Positions 23,161-35,649 of a stretch of DNA of 51,378 nt are shown here, piece by piece (position 1 is the stretch's first letter; the number at the start of each line of letters is the position of its first letter). The stretch is taken from NCBI RefSeq assembly GCF_030144855.1, contig NW_026780171.1:1-51378 (forward strand), read 5' to 3'. The notes beneath the pieces are model-generated. The model was given only the letters and a program-made list of their open reading frames with translations, did no database searches and was not told the DNA's origin. A program made the translations under genes and the position numbers. The DNA comes from Hypanus sabinus (lineage: Eukaryota).

Positions 23161-24179
23161 CTGGCAGACCACAGTATGTGCGCTTGCAATACTGTGCGTC
23201 AGACAGAGTGGTCAGCAACACTGGGGCTCCACAGGGGACTGTCCTGTCTCCCTTTGTCTTCATCATCTATACCTCAGACTTCAACTACACCACAGAGTCT
23301 TGCCATCTTCAGAAGTTTTCTGATGACTCTACCATCGTTGGATGCATCAGCAAGGGAGATGAGGCTGAGTACAGGGCTACAGTGGGAAAACTGTCACATG
23401 GTGTGAGCAGAATCATCTGCAGCTTAATGTGAAAAAGACTAAGGAGCTGGTGGTGGACCTGAAGGGGGTTAAGGCATCAGATACCCCTGTTTCCATCCAA
23501 AGGGTCACTGTGAACATGGTGGAGGATTACAAGTACCTGGGGATACGAATTGACAATAAACTGGACTGGTCAAAGAACTCTGAGGCTGTCTACAAGAATG
23601 GTCAAAGCCGTCTCTATTTCCTGAGGAGACTGAGGTCCTTTAACATCTGCCAGATGATGCTGAGGATGTTCTACGAGTCTACAGTGGCCAGTGCTATCAT
23701 GTTTGCTGTTGTGTGCTGGGGCAGTAGACTGAGGGAAGCAGACAGCAACAGAATCAACAAACTCACTCGTAAGACCAGTGATGTTGTGGGGGTGGAACTC
23801 GACTCTCTGACGGTGGTGTCTGAAAAGTTGATGCTGTCCAAGTTGCATGCCATCTTGGAAAATGTCTCCCATCCATTCTATAATGTACTGGTTAGGCACA
23901 GGAGTACATTCAGACAGAGACTCATTCCACTGAGATGCAACACTGAGTGTCACAGGAAGTCATTCCAGCCTGTGGCCGTCATACTTTACAACTCCTCCTT
24001 CAGAATGTCAGACACTCTGAGCCAATAGGCTGGTCCTGGACTTATTTCCACTTTGCATAACTTATTATCATTTAATTATTTTTGGTTTTATTTTGCTATA
24101 TTTCTACTCTATTCTTGGTTGGTGCAACTGTAACAAAATCCAAATTCCCTCGGGATCAATAAAGTATGTCTGTCTGTCT
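23161..24179 (+). mobile_element. 5'-truncated Rex1/Babar-type LINE in the ZNF-B intron
   Basis: SNTGAPQGTVLSPF, CHLQKFSDDSTIVGCI, YKYLGIRIDNKLDWS, LYFLRRLRSFN. Ends aataaagtatg(tctg)n. Absent from the paralogous introns of ZNF-A and ZNF-C. Confidence 0.85.
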
Positions 24180-24549
24180 AAAATCTTCTCCTGACTGGGC
24201 AGAGTGCTGGTATCTGGAATGACCATCAATTCTCTGATGTTCTTCCTGTCTCTATAAGAATGGGGCATTTTTGCCATCTCCAGTTTATACCCTGGCTCAG
24301 TTTGACTCTCTCCATTGGTATTACTCCCTGTTCCTGCTGAGCTGCATGGGTGCCTGGCCCCACAGTAACTGAAACAGTCTCACACAAATAGTCTCTTGAC
24401 GTGCAGCTGGGATTTTCTTTTATGTATTATTAACTTAATGTGCCACAGTTTTAACGCCATATAAAAATTCCTGCTGAAATGACTGGTTGGTCCGCACAGC
24501 TGTTAAAAGGACTTAGGGTGAATTTTTGTATTATTTCAGGTTGTTGTCA

Positions 24550-26340
24550 CAGTCATAGCAAATTTCAACACAGAAACAGGCCCTTTGGGCCATCTAGTTT
24601 GTGCTGAACTATTTAAACTGCCCACTCCCAATCCAGGTACCTACACGAACCTCTTAAATGTTAAAATCAAGCTCGCATGCACCACTTGTGCTAGCTGCTC
24701 ATTCCACATCCGGAAGACCGTCTGTGTGAAGAAGTTCCCCTCATGCTTCCCTTAACGTTTCATGTTTCACCCTTAACCCATGGCCTCTTGTTGTCTCAGT
24801 GGAGAAAGCCAGCTTGCATTTACGCTATCTATGCCCCTCTACCACAATCAAATCTCCCCTCAATCTTCTACATTCCAGAGAATAAAGTCCTGACCTGTTC
24901 AATCTTTCCTTATAATCCAAGCCCTCCAGACCTGGCAACATCCTTGTGAAATTTCTCTGAACTCTCTGAAACTCTTTTACATCTTTCCTGTAGGTAGGTG
25001 ACCAAAACTGCACACAATAATCCAAATTAGGCCTCACCAATGTCTTCTACAAGTCAACATAACATCCATCTATTGTCAGTATTTGGTTCATCAAAGCCAA
25101 TGGGCTGAAATCTTTTTTTCCGTCTCTATCTAACCGTGATAACACTTTCAGTGAATTAAGGACTTGTATTCCCAGGTCCCTTTCTTCTACAACACTCCTC
25201 TGTGCCCGACCAGTCACTCTGAAAGACCTCCCTTGGTAGGTCAGACCAAAGTTCAACAACTCACACTTGTCTGCATTAAATTCCATTTTCCATTTCTCAA
25301 TCCATTTTCCCAGTGGGTCCAGATAACACTGCAAGCCATGATAGTCCTCCTCGCTGACCACTACACCACCAATCTTCGTTTCATCTACAGATCTGCTAAT
25401 ACAGTTAAACACACTATCCTCTAGAATACTGATATAGATGACAAACAGCAACAGATCCAGCACTGATCCCTGTGGCACACCACTAATCAGAGGCCTCCAG
25501 TCAGAGAGGCAACCATCTGCTACCACACTCTGGCTTCTGCCAAAGTCAGTGTCTCATCCAATTTACTATCTCATCTTGAATGCTGATTGACTGAACCTTC
25601 TTGACCAACCTCCCATATGAGACTTTGTCAAGTGTCTTGCTAAAGTCCATGTAGACAACATCCACTGCCTTGCCTTCATCCACTTCCCTGATAACTTCCT
25701 CGAGAGACTCTATAAGATTAGTTAGAAATGACCTGCCATGCACATAGCCATGCTGTCTATCCTTAATCAGTCCACATCTATCCAAATACTTGTCCTGGTC
25801 CAGCACATAACGTCACTACTGATGTCAAGCTCATCAATGTACAATTTCCTAGTTTATTTTTAGAGCCTTTCTCAAACAGTGTCCTCCAATCCTCCAATAC
25901 CTCACCTGCCACTGAGGATTATTTAAATATCTCTGCTTGTGCCCTGACAGTTTCTGCACTTGTCCTCCGCAGAGTCCCAGAGTCCCAGATTTATCCACAC
26001 TAATTTGCCTTAAGAAGTTGTTGCTGCTTTGCCTCACTTCTATAGACTCTGTGTCCATCTCCAGTGTAAATACGGATGCAAAAATAATCTCCCCCATCTA
26101 CTTTGTCTCCTCATATGGATTACCATTCTGATGCAAAGGATTAATTTTTTCCCTTGCAATCTATTTGCTCTAAACATATCTGCAGAATCCCTGAGGATTC
26201 TCCTTCACCTTCGCTGCCCAGGCAAGCTCATGCCTCCTTTTATTTTTTTCATATGTGTTCACTTGAATTTCCTGTATTTCATAAGTACCCCATTTGTTCC
26301 TATCTGCCTGTACCTGGTATGCACCTCCTTTTCATTGATC
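24550..26340 (-). mobile_element. CR1 LINE fragments
   Basis: VDVVYMDFSKTLDKV, ISGVPQGSVL, LDYCVQFWSPTYRKD on the minus strand. Confidence 0.88.
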
Positions 26341-28320
26341 TGGGAGAGGAAAGCCAAAGGGGTGATAGATCTGCATGGAGGGAGGTGGGGGTAAGGGGGG
26401 CTAAACTAAACTTGCAGGGGGAATGGGAGCCTGAATAATAGAACAGATAGTGGAGGGGTGATGGAGACAGTTGGTGTTCAGTCCTCCGACAAAGTCAGGA
26501 ATGAAAAAGTTGAGCATGGTGCAGTGAATATGCTGAGCCCTGTATATTTCAATACAAGGAGCAGCGTAGGAAAGGTGGATGTGTTCAGGGCTTGAATTAA
26601 GATACTAGGATCTGGCAACTGTGGACTGGGACAGGCTGCTTTATGGCAAAGGTGTGTTTGGTAAATGGGAGTCCTTCAAAGCCAAATTTTTAAAGTACAA
26701 AGGGGGAATTTGCTTCTCAGAATAAAAAGTGAAGATAAAAAACTGTAGGGAACCTTGGATTTCAAGGGATATTGAGACCCTGGTGAAGCATAAAATGAAG
26801 TTGTATAACAGGGATAGGCAGGATAAGAAATGCAAGAGAACACATAAGAAATAAATCCAGATGGCATGAGATTGTCCTGCAGAAATGATGAATGATAATC
26901 CACAGGGATTCTCCAGATAGATCAAGAGCAAAAGGATTGTAAGGCACAAAGCTGGTCCTCTGGAAGACCGGAATGGTGATCCACTTGTGGAACGAAAGCA
27001 CATGGGGGAGATCTTAAATAATTTTTCATCTATGTTTACTCAGGAGATGGAGAAAGGCTCTATGGGAGTGTGGAAAACACATTAAAATCATGGACCCTGC
27101 ACAGATTAAAGAAAAAAAGTGATTTCGCTGTTCAACCTAGAACATAGAAATCTACAGCATGTTCTGGAGTATTGTGTGCAGTTTTGGTCTCCAAATTTGC
27201 GGAAGGATATTCTTGCTATTGAGGGAGTGCAGCGCAGGTTCACAAGGTTAATCCCTGGAATGGTGGGACTGTCATATGTTGACAGATTGGAGCCACTGGG
27301 CTTGTATACACTTGAATTTTGAAGGATGAGAGTGGATCTGATTGAAACTTATAAGATTATTAAGGGATTGGACACACTGGAGGCAGTAAGAAAGTTCCCG
27401 CTGATGGGTGAGTCCAGAACTTGAGGCCACAGTTTAAGAATAAGGGGTAGGCCATTTAGAACAGAGATGCCTAAACTTTTTCACCCAGAGAGTGGTGGAT
27501 ATGTGGAATGCTCTGCCCCAGAAGGCAGTGGAGGCCAAGTCTCTGAATGCATTTAAGAGAGAGTTAGATAGACATCTTATAGTGGGGTGAAGGGATATGG
27601 AGAGAGGGCAGGAATGGGTTACTGAAAGTGTATGATCAGCCATGATCACAGTGAATGGCAGTGCTGGCTAGCAGGTCTGAAAGGCCTACTCCTGCACCTA
27701 CTATCTATTGTCTATTGTTCCAGGCCATTCAGCCCACAATGTTGTGCCAACCATGTAACTTACTCTAGAAACTGCGTAGAATTTCCGAAGAGCATAGACT
27801 TCTATTTTTCTAAGCACCATATTCCTATCTAAGAGGCTGTTAAAAGACCCTATTGTATCTGCATTGACCACCGCTGCTGGCAGTGCATTACACAGACCCA
27901 CCACTTTCTGTGCAAAAAAAAAATAACCCTGACATCCCTTCGGTATCTATTTTCAAGTACCTTAAAACTATGCCCCCTCATGTTAGCCATTTCAACCCTG
28001 AGAATAAACCTCTGGCTATCCACACGATCAATGCCCCTCATCATCTTATACACCTAAAAAATGCACTAAACAGAGACAAGGAAATTATCCATTGCATTGA
28101 GGAATTGTTCAAAGTATCGAAGTTAGTTTTTTTTTACACAGAGATTGGTGAGCAGCCCTGGTGGACGCAGAAGCGAAAGGGTCTTTTAAGGGACTCCTGG
28201 ATGAATACCTGGAGCTTAGAAAATTAGAGGGCCTTGGCGAAGGTAAGGATATGTTTGGGACAGCTTTGTGGGCCAAAAGGCCTGTATTGTGCTGTAGCTT
28301 TTCTATGTTCCTGTGTAGAA
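26340..28320. mobile_element. CR1 mosaic (+ 26340-27700, - 27720-28055, + 28110-28320)
   Basis: LEYCVQFWSPNLRKDILAIEGVQRRFTRLIPGM (+) and YKMMRGIDRVDSQ (-). Confidence 0.8.
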
Positions 28321-28329
28321 AAAATATAA

Positions 28330-29790
28330 GGGCATAGAACAGGTAAATTCAAGCAGGCTTTTTCAACTGATGTTAAGTGTGATGACAACCAGAAGTGATG
28401 GGTTAAGTGGGGAGGTGAAATTTATGGGGAATATGTGTAAAACCTCTTCATTGAATTGGCCGTGAGAGTGTGGAAAAGAAGCCAGCACGAGTGGTGAACA
28501 TGAGCTCAATTTTACCACTTAAGAAAAGTTTGGATGGGAGCCTGGATGGTAGGGGTATGGAGGCCGATGGTTCCAGTGCAGGTAGTTGCATTAGAAAGCT
28601 TTAATGTTCTTTTGGCATTGACAAAATGGGCTAAATAGCCTGTTCCTGTACTGAACTTCTCCACATTTCTATAACAGAGAAGCTGGCCAAACTTGTTTGG
28701 AAGGGAAAAGGTAGGATTGACAATGGAGCAGCAATGGCTGGAGTTTCCGGGAGCAATTCGGGAACTGAGTGATCGATACATCCCAAAGAAGTGGAAGCAT
28801 TGAAATGGCAGGAGGACACAACCGTGGCTGGAATAAGAAGACAAAGCCAACAGAAACACCTAAGAGCGGGCAAACAAAAGAGCAAAAACTATTAGGAAGC
28901 TTTAGAAACAAAGTTTCTAAAACAAAAAGTCAGATGAGCTCAGGGCGTGGCATTATGATACTGTAGCCATTAATGATTCTTGGTAGCACCCAGCAGTCTG
29001 AGACATTTAGAGGAACAAAATACCCGGGACCTCAATATCTCTTGAAAACCACGGTTCCCTGCACCAGTTACCTTACAACTTTTATTTTGGCAGGCATATA
29101 CAAACTCTATACCCTCACTTCTGAAGAACTCCCACTTGCAAGTACTGCTTTTCGAGAAAAACAGCCAGTCCCAATCCACACTTGTTAGATCTTTCTGATA
29201 CCATCAGAATTGACCTTCCTCCAATTTAGAATCTCAGCTCATCATCCAGCCCGCTTTTTTTTTTTCCATATTTACTTGGACTCTTAAGTTGTTACGATCG
29301 CTAGATATGAAGTGTTTACATACACTAATTTCAGTCACTAACAATGGATCATTTCCTAACAGCTTATTGCACACTTCTACATCGGGAATTCTACATCCTG
29401 ATTAAGGGCACATTTGACAAACTCTACCCCATTTGGTCCTTAAATATATAAAAAGTTAAAATCGCTTACTGTATCGCTTACTGTTTTTTTAGCATAGACT
29501 GCAATCTCTGCAAAGTTTGCTCCTCTAAATCTCTCAGAGTATTCGGTGCAACCAAGTCCCAATAATGGCTACAATATCACAATTCCCTGTCCTGAGCTCA
29601 TCGGGCGTTCCTACGATGCTTCTTGCATTGTGATATGCACAGCTCAGCACATTCATCGCACCATGCTCAACCTTTTGTCTGCTGACTCTATCTGAGTTCT
29701 GAACAACATCTGTCTGGGTGTCAAGAAAGCAACCTCTCCCTCAATGTCACAAAAGCAAGGGAACTGGTTGTGGACTACAAAAGGAATGGA
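28330..29790 (-). repeat. ZNF-B intron block paralogous (inverted) to ZNF-C intron 45440-46890
   Basis: Same order of LINE fragments and the same junctions, e.g. ttggtagcacccagcagtctgagacatttagagg versus cctttaaatgcctcagacttttgggtgctaccaa. Confidence 0.8.
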
Positions 29791-29852
29791 GACAGGCTAA
29801 CCCCTATTGATATCAATGGATCTGGGGTTGAGAACATATGGACATTTGACTT

Positions 29853-30841
29853 TCCTCTGCCAGGTAATCCCCCCAACAGTTTACAAAGTGGTCTACCTGT
29901 TGTTGTATGAGATGACCCCAAGAGTACTCTGTGATGGCTATTTAACCTCATTCCCCTTCCTGACTCTCACCCAGTTTACTGTGTCCTGCACCTTGGGTGT
30001 AACTCACCTCTCTTGATGTTATAACTATCACCCCCTCCAACTCCTAGATGATCCAGAATTCATCCATTTCCAGCTCCAGCTCCTTAAAGCTCAGGGTTAC
30101 AGGCTGCAGCTGGATGCACATCTTATAGGTGATGGTATCAGGGGCACTGGAAGTCTCCCCACCTTCCCACCAATGTCCCGTCTAATTTGTAATGACCGGT
30201 GTGCCAAAACACCTTGTGCTGTGCAATTTTTACCCACTGACAACAAGACGTGCACACTGAATTTTAAATAGGGAGGTATTTCTTTTAACAGCTAGCAAAT
30301 CACTGTCGATAAAAACTTTGATCTCCTCTGGGTTTGATCGAGTTCATGGGCACTCTCACACAAACTATGTAACAGGCCTGTTGTGGGTTATGAAGGATTT
30401 TCTCACTAGAACTTTTGCAAACCGTCCATATGTGATTTGCTTGCTAAATGATACTTTCAAAGGTCAGATTTCCAAATATCACTCCCCACTTGCAAATTCT
30501 CCAGCAAATTTTGCATCACCACAATACTGTAACACCAGTTTCTGTATTGTATATAAATATTTCCCCTGAACCCTCTCCCAAGTGACTGATGGTGGTGAAC
30601 TCAGTGAATGCAATGCCAATGAATATGAAGGGAAGGGCAGTAGTCTGCCTCACTGGAGTCTGGCACATTTGTGATGTGAAAGCTACTTGTTGCCCAGGGC
30701 AAAGGTGTTTGATATCATTACGTACCCAGAGAGAACGGGACAAAACATGTTCTCACCGGTAGAAAAGTGCAGAACTAGAGGAGGTAGCTCAAGCAACTGA
30801 CACAAAATACTGGAGGAGCTCAGCAGGCCAGGCAGCATCTA
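29853..30841 (-). repeat. ZNF-B intron block paralogous (inverted) to window 1-990
   Basis: Collinear reverse-complement similarity, e.g. aaacatgttctcaccggtagaaaa, including repeat junctions. Confidence 0.88.
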
Positions 30842-31049
30842 TTGAAAAAAGTCCTAATGCTGAGTTCCTCCGGCATTTTGTGTGTGTTGCTTGGATTTCC
30901 AGCATCTGCACATTTTCTCTTGTTTGTGATCGGAGATAGAACAAAGGTGATTTTCTCAACTGCTGATGTAAAAGATTTTGTTCCCTTTCTCCGAGTTCCT
31001 AATCCTTGCATTTTAGATAGCTGGAGCTCAGCTCTGTCTGAGAGATCCA

Positions 31050-31330
31050 TCGGTTCCCATTCCCTTAGGGGCCGGAAGCTCCCCGGGGCCCGTGTACGGA
31101 TCGCGGGGCTGAGAGAGAGGGAAGAGAGCAGGACTGTCCCAGGATTGCGGACTATGATGTCCAGAGTTCACAGCAAATGTCCCTCAGTCGGTGTTTAAGA
31201 TAGCAGCCCGAAAAATCATTCTTACCTTTACCGATCCTCCGGAGGTCCTTTGTGTACGGCGCGCATGCGTGCTATTCGGTGACGTCATCGACCTTGATGC
31301 CTGCACTTTTGATCGTTGCTTCAGAAACAG
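31050..31330 (-). promoter_or_regulatory. Putative ZNF-B promoter and short non-coding first exon
   Basis: CpG-rich. NRF1-type GCGCATGCGT 31261-31270, CRE TGACGTCA 31280-31287, minus-strand donor AAG|GTAAGA at 31226/31225. Confidence 0.65.
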
Positions 31331-31567
31331 CGAAATTTTAAACTCAGGGCTTTATGGGTAATCGCGGTGCCATTAAACTTTCCTGCTAGCACCGGTTTCA
31401 TGTCCACACCTCAGGGTTTTTTTTTCTGTGTAGAGAACTCAGCAGCTGTTTTAACGTGGAAAGCGGCTCCCAAAAACAATATACTCAATATTAACAGGCA
31501 TTCTATTTATCTAATGCCTCTCGTTACAGAGGCAGATATAAAACACAAGAGATTCCGCAGTTGCTAG

Positions 31568-31569
<2 letters not shown>

Positions 31570-31599
<30 letters not shown>
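31570..31599. repeat. (AC)n microsatellite inside a Penelope-type foldback (31540-31750)
   Basis: About 15 AC units read directly. Confidence 0.9.
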
Positions 31600-31602
<3 letters not shown>

Positions 31603-32139
31603 GCTGGCGGAACTGTGCAGTTCAGGTAGCAACTAAGCAGAGGAGTACACAGTCTAGGCATGCTGAAGGGTCTCGGCCTAAACGTAGTCTATTTATTCCT
31701 CTCTACATTTGCTGCCTGATCTGTTGATTTCCTCCAGTATTTTGCAGAAATTAACCAGTTTTTTTTTTCAATCAAGCAGTTTCCAAATGTGTCTGATCTT
31801 TCATTCGTAGCCACATCCTACAGGTTCAGTTTCTCTTCTTCCTCCTCCTCGTAAACTCCAGGCCCCATCTCTTTCTGGAGCCCCAAATCCCTGACTGGCA
31901 ACTTGGTTTCTGACTCTGCTCCATTCACTCGCTAGTCTGCTGTCAGACTTCAGATGTTCATTAACAACCCAGCAGTTCGAAGCGAAGACCTTTGAAATTA
32001 GTGAGAATGACTGAAAACATTAAAAAGAGCGGGGAAGAAGGAGTTTAACCAACTTCGTCCGGAGCCCTGAACAACGTCACAACCACAGTGAGCTCATCGT
32101 CTTGTTCAGCCCGGGCAAAAATCATGCAGGGAATTCATG

Positions 32140-32505
32140 CAGGTGTATAAGATGATGAGAGGCATTGGTCGTGTGGATAGTCAAAGGCTTTTTCCCAGGG
32201 CTGAAACGGCTAACACGAGGGGGAATAGGTTTAAGCTGCTTGGAAGTAGGTACAGAGGAGATGTCAGAGCTAAGATTTTTAAACAACAGTGGTGATTGTG
32301 TATGGAATGCACTGCCAGCGACGGTGGTAGAGGCGGATAAAATAGGATCTTTTAAGAGACTCTTAGATAGGTACATGGGGCTTAGGAAAACAGAGGGCTA
32401 TGCGGTAGGGTAATTCTAAGCAGTTTAGAGACTAATTTACGTGGTCGGCACAACATTGTGGGCCAAAAGGTCTGTAATGTGTTGTAGATTTCTGTGATTC
32501 TATGG
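32140..32505 (+). mobile_element. CR1 3' end
   Basis: Same 3' segment as 14845-15190 (VWNALPATVVEADKIGSFKRLLDRYM). Confidence 0.8.
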
Positions 32506-32689
32506 AATTCAAGGGGAATTTCCTATCCCACGGAGTGGTGACTAGTTGCAACCTGTCATCTCAGGGAGAGCGAGAGGGGAACGGCAGGGATAGATTTTCA
32601 TAAACTGATACGGAACAGAAACATGGGCTGAAACCAGATGGGCCGAGTGCCCTCTCTAGTGTACATAGTGAGTGTAGTGGAGACTGTAA

Positions 32690-33410
32690 GTACCTGACAC
32701 ACGGGATTTGATAAAACTGATTTATCTTTCACAGATCCACAATATTAAACATCAGTCTAGTTTAAGGCTAACATCAGCAGAACGGACTCCTCCAATGCTC
32801 AGTGACCAGGGTTCAGTCCTGGCTACGATGAGCAGCTGCCTTCAGTCACCGTGATGGTTAAACATTTAACACGGAGCTGATTTGAACTTCCTCCCTGATG
32901 TGAAGTTGCTGGTGTTGCAGCAGCTGGGATGATTGAGTAAAACTCTTTGCTCACTCCGGACAGAAATGTGGCCTCTATTTATTGTGAACTCACCGGAGCA
33001 TCACAAGGTGGGTTAACTGAATGAGTCTCTTCGCACACACGGAGCAGGTGAACGGCCGCTTCCCAGAGCGAAGCTGTTGGTGTATCTGCGATGTGCCACT
33101 GAATCCCTTCCAAAATGAGAGCCAGTGAATGACGTCACACTGCTAAACGTCATGGCGATGTATCCAATCAGATCACGGAGATGGACACGTGCTCGCGCTC
33201 TCCTTGCAGCGAGTGGGGCGCTGTCTTCTCCAGCATCTCCGTCTACACTTTCAAGGACCGGTGGCACTCAAGCGCTGGCGACCTGATAGATACAGCGGAG
33301 CTAACGTGAAGTTGTGTTTGATATTCCTATCGACAAATCCTTTGAATTCTTTACACAGTTAAAAGTTTACAAAGAATGTCAGTGGATGAAAGACAACATT
33401 TCTTTTTTCA
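32690..33410 (-). pseudogene. Decayed zinc-finger last exon (fourth paralog)
   Basis: Broken finger DNA (gagcaggtgaacggcc, gaatcccttcc, tgtgaactc) at 32880-33140. 32690-32830 resembles the reverse complement of the ZNF-A/C 3' UTR (11230-11345, 50040-50155). 33350-33400 resembles the ZNF-B acceptor region. No long ORF. Confidence 0.7.
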
Positions 33411-33412
33411 AA

Positions 33413-33812
33413 ATGATCCTGAGGCGAGCGGGGTAATTTAGAGAAGGTTTATAGTCTCTGTTATATAACGCAGCCATGACTTTTCTTTCATACTTAAAAC
33501 GTTCATTTAATGCCCCGGGCAAATAATCTTCGACCAGCCTTATCTTATCTTCTTCATCATACCTAACCGACGATATTGGCGAATTATGGTAACCTTTGTT
33601 TGAAAGCCATGAAAAGCACTTACCACAGGTCGAGGTTTCTGTTGAGAAGAGGAGTTAAACACCGGGGCTCGGTGTACCCGGTCTATTCCAGGCGGAGTCT
33701 CCAAAACGTCAGAAAACAAACGAGCGAACAGCTTTGGAAAACATTCTGAAGGTCGATTGCCTTCGACCAACTCAGGAAGACCCACAATTCGTATATTGTT
33801 CCTTCTTGATCT
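33413..33812 (-). mobile_element. L1 ORF1 fragment, inverted
   Basis: RSRRNNIRIVGLPE...IDRVHRAP...KPRPVV on the minus strand. Confidence 0.8.
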
Positions 33813-35649
33813 GCAGTGGCGGGTTCCAATCTGCTAATTAAATTTGTTGACTACACTGCATTGATCGGCCGAATCCCAAATAACGAGGCATCCGACAGAG
33901 AAGAAGTCATCACCCCGACATAGTGGTGTCAAGAAAACAACCTCTCTCTCATTGTGACAAAAACACAGGAGCTGGTTGTGGATTACAGGAGGAATGGAGA
34001 CAGGGATCAAATTCAACATTTCCCAGTCTGTTATTGACACAAAATACACATTTTAATATTGATCATGACACAATGTATTTTATATAACGTTATACATTTA
34101 GGTATTATAATTAGTAAAAAAAAATAAAGATCTCTACAAAGCGAATACATTTCCTTTAATGGTCTCCAGGAAACAACAATTTTCCTGATGGAATCCACTT
34201 ACTTTTTCTTTAATCGGTCGTATTCATGCTGTGAAAATGATTTTACCTAGATTTTTATATGTATTCCAAGATATACCTATCTTTTTAACTAAAAAAAAAA
34301 TCGATCAAATTGACTCACTTATTTCTTCCTTTATTTGGAACAATAAATTAATTAGTATCATTTACAAAAGTTTGAAAAAGATGATGGACTTGCACTTCCT
34401 AATTTAAGACTATTATTGGGCTGTGAATATTAGACAATTCTGTTTTTGGTTATATTGTCTTGATAAGAACTAAAATCAATTGTGGGTTGATTTGGAATTA
34501 AAAGCAGTTAAACAATTTCATTTAACTTCAATATTAGGAGCTCCATTACTTTTACAGCTCTTTAAAATTTCAAATTTAAATCTTTACCCGGTTATTAAAC
34601 AATCCCTACGGATTTGGGTTCAGTTTCGTGTTTTAAAAAATTTTAAACAATTTAAGATGACTAGTTTTTTACATCGAAACTTCTCATTTATACCTGCAAC
34701 AACTGACCCCATTTTTCTCCTATGGAAAATTAAAGGGATCCTTTCTTTTACAGATTTATTTTGTGATGGCCGATTGATGATCTTTGAAGAGTTAATTAAC
34801 AAATTTTCTCTCGCTCATACACATGTTTTTCAATATGTTCAGTTTTGACATTTTTTACAACATTATTTACCTAAGATTCCATGTTTACAAGAATCTGATT
34901 TGTTGGATACCACTTTGAAATTGAATCCCTTTGTGAAAGGTTCCATTGGCAGAATGTATCATTTATTTTTGATACCAAACGAGAACCTATCACTAAAGAT
35001 TAAACAAGATTGGGAGAGAAAACTTAATATGACCTTTGTTAATGAAGATTGGCTTCGAGTTTTTAAAAATGTAAATTCCTCTTCTGAATGTGCCAACCAT
35101 TGTTTAATTCCATTTAAAACTGTTCACCGTTATTATTTAACAAAGGAGAGACGATCTAAAATATTTCCTAGTATAGACAAATGCTGAGATAGATGTAAAA
35201 CTGAAGTAGCTACTTTGTCACGTATGTTCTGGTCAAGTTCTTCATTAAAATAGTTTTGGAAATCTTTTATTTCTACAAGTTCTAAAGCTCTGAAAATTAA
35301 TTTACAACCTAATAGATTGACTGTTCTATTTGGAATAGCTCCACATCATATTCAGTGTATTTCATCTTCAGATCAACATGTAATTGCATTTGTTACTCTA
35401 CTGACAAGAAGGGCTATTTTATTACGGAAATGTAGCGGTGTGCTACACGCAGCGCTAATATTACGACACGGAGTCGGTAACTGCAGTCGAAGGAAAAAAC
35501 TTTATTCGAAATCTTCAGCCTCACTTTTAAGCCTCCCTCAACCTGCCCCCCATGGCGCAGAGGCTCCAGAGCTCTGTGCTCGCAAACCCCCGTAGGCTAT
35601 CTAATTGTGAATCGGTTCGGATGCGCCAGGAAATGGGTCGCCACATAAC

